From positions 1,302,001 through 1,366,000 of the forward strand of contig NC_027217.1 in the NCBI RefSeq assembly GCF_000981445.1: a stretch of 64,000 nt of DNA, read 5' to 3'. The notes beneath the pieces were generated by a model. That model saw nothing but the letters and a program-made list of their open reading frames with translations, was not told the origin of the DNA and did no database searches. The first letter of the stretch is position 1; each line of letters opens with the position of its first letter. The stretch comes from Babesia bigemina. Taxonomy: Eukaryota. This document shows positions 59,357-64,000 of this stretch, piece after piece. The translations under genes and the position numbers were made by a program.

Positions 59357-61899
59357 ATGGCAGTTCATCGCGCAGTGCTTAAACAGAAGCATAAGCCCTT
59401 TAAAAATGGCAAGGGGAACGGGGTGAAGCCTAAGCGGCCGTCGGCTGCCGTTGGCAAGGACGTTTCGCTGCATCGTCGGGATAAAAAGAGCCGCATCGTG
59501 GCGAAGACGAAGAATCTTCGGTCAGCCATCCAGGATGAAGCTCCCAGATTGGTGTTTGTCCTGCCTTTCCACGAAAGCGCGAACGCCCATGAATTCATAT
59601 ACTCCGCGGTATGTCAGGTGTCTGTAGAGTCTGCCAGTTACGTTCGCTCTTCCCCTGACGGTTGGACCGTGTCACCCCCTGTTCTTCTCCCAGCATCAAT
59701 GCTACGTGACGGTTTGCCACGCCGCGTTGTATTGTTTTCGTGCCCTCGTTCGCTTTCGGCGATCCTCTATGCGGCATCGGTGGCTGATGTCCTGGTCTGC
59801 CTGTTTCGTGGAAGTACCAACGATGATCCAGCTTATGATGACTTCGGGTAAGTGGCTCATATACGCAAGTACTCGCCCTGTAATGTTGATGGTCTTATGT
59901 ATAGGTGTCGGATTCATATCCGGCGTGAGTGTGTTCAGTAGTTCCTTAAGTGCATACTACCTGGTGCTTTTCGTACTATAAATAACAGTAGTGGATGAGC
60001 AAGTGTCGATGTTATGCTAAGGCTTAATAATTGTAAGAATTGATGCGATGAAATTCTGAGTTGACATGGTTGATGTTGTGGTTGCCTTTGCGGCAACCGT
60101 GAGCAAAATGTTAAATCCACTTCCACATTTCTTGTGATACACATTATCACATGTTGCGTACAGATACAAGGCACTGAGCGTCATTCGTCAGCAAGGCGTG
60201 CCACCGCCTGTTGGCGTCGACTTAGAGATCGGTTTACCAGGCGACCGCTCTGGCAGCTGCACCCTGGTGAGGCGGTACTTCTTCGATGAGCTGGGCAGTG
60301 ACAAGAAGTTCGTAAGCATCAAAAATACAGGCGATTTCGTTGCTGCGATAACCGCGATTGGATGTGTGTCGCTCACCGGGTTGACTTGGCGTGCTGGTCG
60401 TAGTTACCTGATGTCTCTGGATCACAGTTACGATGCGTCCACGCGGCAACTTTCGATTGTTGGCTATGCCCGCGGTCTAGGCTTTAGCGTCCGGCACCCT
60501 GTGCATGTAACTGGCATCGGAGACTTTCTGGTGCAGCGTGTAGAGCTCCTGTCGGACCCGTGCCCGGTGAAGCGCTCCAGTGCCATGGAATCGGAGACTG
60601 TGGTCGAGGAGTTGAGCGATGAAATCGCAAGGGAGCTAGCGCAGGAAGTTGAGTGCCTGTCTACTACTGTGGCTCGCCCGTCTGACATGGCTGACGGGGA
60701 CGACCTTCTCGAGGACTTTGAGAAGTGTGTTCGTGTTGGCGGGGTTTCGGATGAAGACGTGGATATGCACGACGCATCTGGTGATGGTGATGGCGGTGAG
60801 GACAGCGGCGGTGAGGACAGCGGCGGTGAAGACATCGACACTTACTTCAGTAATTTAGAGGACCTGAACCCCAGCCAGAAGCGGATTGAATTCGAAAAGC
60901 GCGCGTTGGAGGACCTGAGTTTCCCTGACGAAGTGGATACCCCTGTAGACGTGCCAGCACGTGAGCGTTTTCGTAAATATCGCGCTCTTCGCAGCATAAA
61001 GGAAGGTGCGTGGGACCCGTATGAATCGTTACCGTCGGAGTACCTCCAGATTTGCGAATTCGAGAACTTTCGCGTAAGTGGGTCATACAAGCTCTCATAT
61101 TAATCAGACAACCATGGCGCACTCTAGGAAGACCGTTGAAGTGAACTGCAGTCGCACCAAAACGTCCGGGAGATTCATAAGATTGACGCTTTGCAACGTG
61201 CCGGCCGACTGCCACGAGCGTATGACCACCACCGCTGGCCTGTCGAGCGGCAAGACCGCGAAGCCACTCATATTATCAGCGGTCTTCCCTTTTGAGAGAA
61301 AGGTCTCGGTGTTAAGCATGAGCGTGACTCGCAGTTTCGAGGGCCCTGATTCTATCGCATCGAAGCGCGACGTGCTGCTGTACTGCGGTTTCCGTCGTTT
61401 CCCAGCGCGCCCAATCTACAGCGAGGACGTGGCTGCCGAGCACGGTCGTTTCGGGACCTTCTGCCGTTTCGTCCACAAGGGGCACACCGTCGTTGCGTCC
61501 ATTTATGGCATGGCGCTTTTACCCAACACCCCCGTGGTCAGTCTCGACGCGGCGGACCCGTCTGTGATGCTGTATGGCGGCGTGGTGAGCGGCGCGGATC
61601 CCACCCGCATAGTGCTGAAGCGCATCGTGCTCACGGGCTACCCGTTCCGAGTGCACAAGCGCACGGCCGTGGTGCGTTACATGTTCTTCGAGCCGCGCGA
61701 CGTGAGGTACTTCAGGCCCGCCGGCCTCCACACCAAGCGCGGCTTGCGTGGCGTGATAAAGGAGCCACTGGGTACCCACGGCTACATGAAGTGCATGTTC
61801 AACGACGTGATACGGCAGGACGACATCGTCTGCCTCGCACTTTTCAAACGCGTATACCCGAAATGGCACCCGCCATCGTGGAGCGTCTGGATAGACTAG
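59357..61899 (+). CDS. TSR1: Pre-rRNA processing factor TSR1 (BMS1/TSR1 family), multi-exon
   Basis: HRAVLKQKHKPFK N-terminus, VHVTGIGDF, FPDEVDTP...ARERFRKYR, GFRRF..RPIYS and EPLGTHGYMKC. Confidence 0.92.
60792..60830 (+). repeat. 15-bp coding tandem repeat (GGEDS, about 2.6 copies) in TSR1
   Basis: GGCGGTGAGGACAGC repeated. Confidence 0.85.
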
Positions 61900-61966
61900 A
61901 ACGACATTTATTAATCTAAAAATTCAAAGATCGTCACATAAAATCTTAAGTGTAATTACATATTGA

Positions 61967-62923
61967 TTACCACATGGTGAAGGCGAGGACGGCCGCCAAG
62001 AGCAGACCGATAGTGCCGAAGCTTGCAGCATTCATGTTCTTGCACTTCTCAAAGGCTTCCGTAAGATCGGTGTCCATTTGGTTGTAGGATTCGATAGAGA
62101 TAACAGAGTCGGTCAGATGAGTGTCGGTGACGATAATTTTTTTCAATTGACCCTGCACTGCATGACCATCAATCGCTTCTATGGGTTCAACACTAGGCAC
62201 TTTTTCTTTCACCCATTCCATCACCTTGGTCTTAATAGCCGTCTTGTCGTTGTCGTTCGAGGTTGGCATGTCCTTGATCGAATTGTACAATGCGTAAAGG
62301 TCATCCTTAAATGGAGTCATAACGAAACGCAAGTTCAACAAGTCATCATTGTCCGATGTGTTTGCAGCTGCTTGAGTAAGTGCTAGTCCCGTTGAAGAGC
62401 CGGCTACGCCTGACGCGGCGCCTTGAGGTACTTCAGCCTTTTCGGTTTCGATTTTCTTAGCATATTCGCCGAAAAGCTGAGTCAACAATGTATGAACACT
62501 TTTACCAACTTCGGTCAAAGCTTCTTTCACCTTATTTGCTTGATCGCTGTTAGTTTTGACGGCAGTGGATTTCAGCCAACTTGGCAGGGTAGACCGAGCC
62601 ACAGCACCCTCAAATCTTTGCGGGTATGCAGCGCTCAGAACTTCGGCCCATTTCTGAAAAAGATCATTTGAAGAACGGCTGATGGCCCCGTGTACCGCTG
62701 TTAGCAATTCTGCCTTGAAGCCATCATCTTTCATCAATTTCATGACGACCGTGAAACGCTTCTCGGTGCTAGTAAAGATATCAGTGTACTTGATGTCTTG
62801 AACCTTAGCGCTGGCCTCGACAGCCTGCTGTTGTGCCTCACGACCCGCCTCCTGCTGCGGCGCAGCTGCAATGAGCCTGATCTGGCTGATAGCCAGAATA
62901 GCCAAAGAAAGAACGCACTTCAT
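61967..62923 (-). CDS. GPI-anchored surface protein (helical, 318 aa), unknown family
   Basis: Signal peptide MKCVLSLAILAIS; C-terminal CKNMNAASFGTIGLLLAAVLAFTMW GPI signal. Confidence 0.8.
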   Translation of the reverse strand: MKCVLSLAILAISQIRLIAAAPQQEAGREAQQQAVEASAKVQDIKYTDIFTSTEKRFTVVMKLMKDDGFKAELLTAVHGAISRSSNDLFQKWAEVLSAAYPQRFEGAVARSTLPSWLKSTAVKTNSDQANKVKEALTEVGKSVHTLLTQLFGEYAKKIETEKAEVPQGAASGVAGSSTGLALTQAAANTSDNDDLLNLRFVMTPFKDDLYALYNSIKDMPTSNDNDKTAIKTKVMEWVKEKVPSVEPIEAIDGHAVQGQLKKIIVTDTHLTDSVISIESYNQMDTDLTEAFEKCKNMNAASFGTIGLLLAAVLAFTMW

Positions 62924-63903
62924 CCTGCCAATTAATCAGTTGATGGCTAGAAAAGAACCAACACAGAATACAATTCGGAGTGAATACAAAGGTGGTGTGT
63001 GCGGTGGTGCACACCCTCCGTTGGAGTGCTAGACAACTGGACGGAAACTTCTCGGTCCCATTCCGCGGTGTGCTTGTTAGCGACCTAAGAATCTAGACGA
63101 ATATTTCAATATAAACGTTCCGCTCCTCTATCCACTGGGAACGCTTATGTAGGACATGAATACGTTTTCGTGCTTGCCTTGTAGCATGTGTAAGACACCT
63201 GTGCGTGTGTGGAACCTTCGTAAAAGCCCGTGATTTTCGCTATTGGTTGTGTAGTGTGCGTATGTGTTCACTGTCCCCGGAATCCTGCGCATAATGCCGG
63301 TCTGGGTCGGCGCCGCAACACCGTGTCTTTCGCAGCTACAGGCGTGTTTGTCAATGGCTCTCGAACTTTGTGTTGTACTATTAGCCGTGATGTGCACATG
63401 TTAAAAGCTTGGTTTGCATTATGATCCGCTCTTGAATGGCCACTTTCATTGCTGCAGTTAGTAGTCCGGCATCCAGTACTATTGTATGTTGTGGGCAACG
63501 GCAAGGCTTGAATGCGCTATACGTTCCCGCTGCTGGTGACCTCTAAGTGTTGTGCGATATAAAACATTATGCTGTCACAGATAGTTGCGATTGTGGGCGG
63601 CGCTAGGTGGTGCTGCGTGCACCGCAGTTTGTTGTGTAGTCGTGAGTTATTTAATTCCCTTGGTCTTCGAGGCCGGAACCATCAGCGTTACTTTTTATAA
63701 GCGTCACCATCAACGCAGCACCGCACGAATCTTATGGCTGGCATCCTATGGCGCGGGTACATCGTCCGCCTCTAAGCAGTAAATTGCATATGAAATGAGT
63801 ACCTCCGGACACCGAGGAGGGGCTGATCAACTTTGTCCGGTGCATGCAGTAATCTAAAATTTAACGAACGTAAAGTAAAATCTTAAGTGTAATTAAATAC
63901 TGA

Positions 63904-64000
63904 TTACCACATGGTGAAGGCGATAACAGCAGCCAAGAGCAGGCCCATAGTGCCGAAGCTTGCAGCATTCATGTTCTTGCACCTCTCGATTGATTCAGCA
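63904..64000 (-). CDS. 3' end of a tandem paralog of the 61967-62923 GPI protein (partial)
   Basis: AESIERCKNMNAASFGTMGLLLAAVIAFTMW*, plus a conserved 3' flank (TAAAATCTTAAGTGTAATTA). Confidence 0.85.
   Translation of the reverse strand, partial: AESIERCKNMNAASFGTMGLLLAAVIAFTMW

Noticed and set aside
1..64000. CRISPR arrays, prokaryotic defence systems, telomeric repeats, tRNA/rRNA genes
   Set aside because: The sequence is eukaryotic with spliceosomal introns. No repeat-spacer arrays, telomeric tracts or structural RNA signatures were seen.

Overview
Eukaryotic, intron-containing DNA from a piroplasm, very probably Babesia bigemina or a close relative (gp45-like GPI antigens, a 1351-aa RON2, ves-like genes). 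No CRISPR, rRNA or tRNA genes were recognised. Layout: (i) 1-6.5 kb, compact core genes (Pus10, TMBIM/Bax inhibitor, Q-SNARE, a CS-domain protein with a Cdc37-like N-terminus, a degenerate macrodomain); (ii) about 6.6-25.9 kb, an accessory island with two near-identical 6.1-kb copies of a [ves-like pseudogene + multi-domain 6-Cys pseudogene] cassette, one intact ves-like gene and decayed fragments resembling a non-LTR (RLE-type) retrotransposon; (iii) 25.9-38.5 kb, core genes (coiled-coil protein, TraB-like, CWC21, eEF2, NSE2/MMS21 ending 4 bp before a sirtuin); (iv) 38.9-64 kb, an invasion/surface-antigen-rich block (four tandem gp45/VMSA-like GPI genes, two tandem CelTOS-like genes, Der1-like, IBA57, LRR, RON2, TSR1, and a second tandem GPI-protein family running off the right edge). 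Best leads are the retrotransposon relics (piroplasms are usually described as lacking transposable elements), the conversion-like cassette duplication and the duplicated CelTOS-like genes. All family assignments come from motif recognition by eye; no searches were run.
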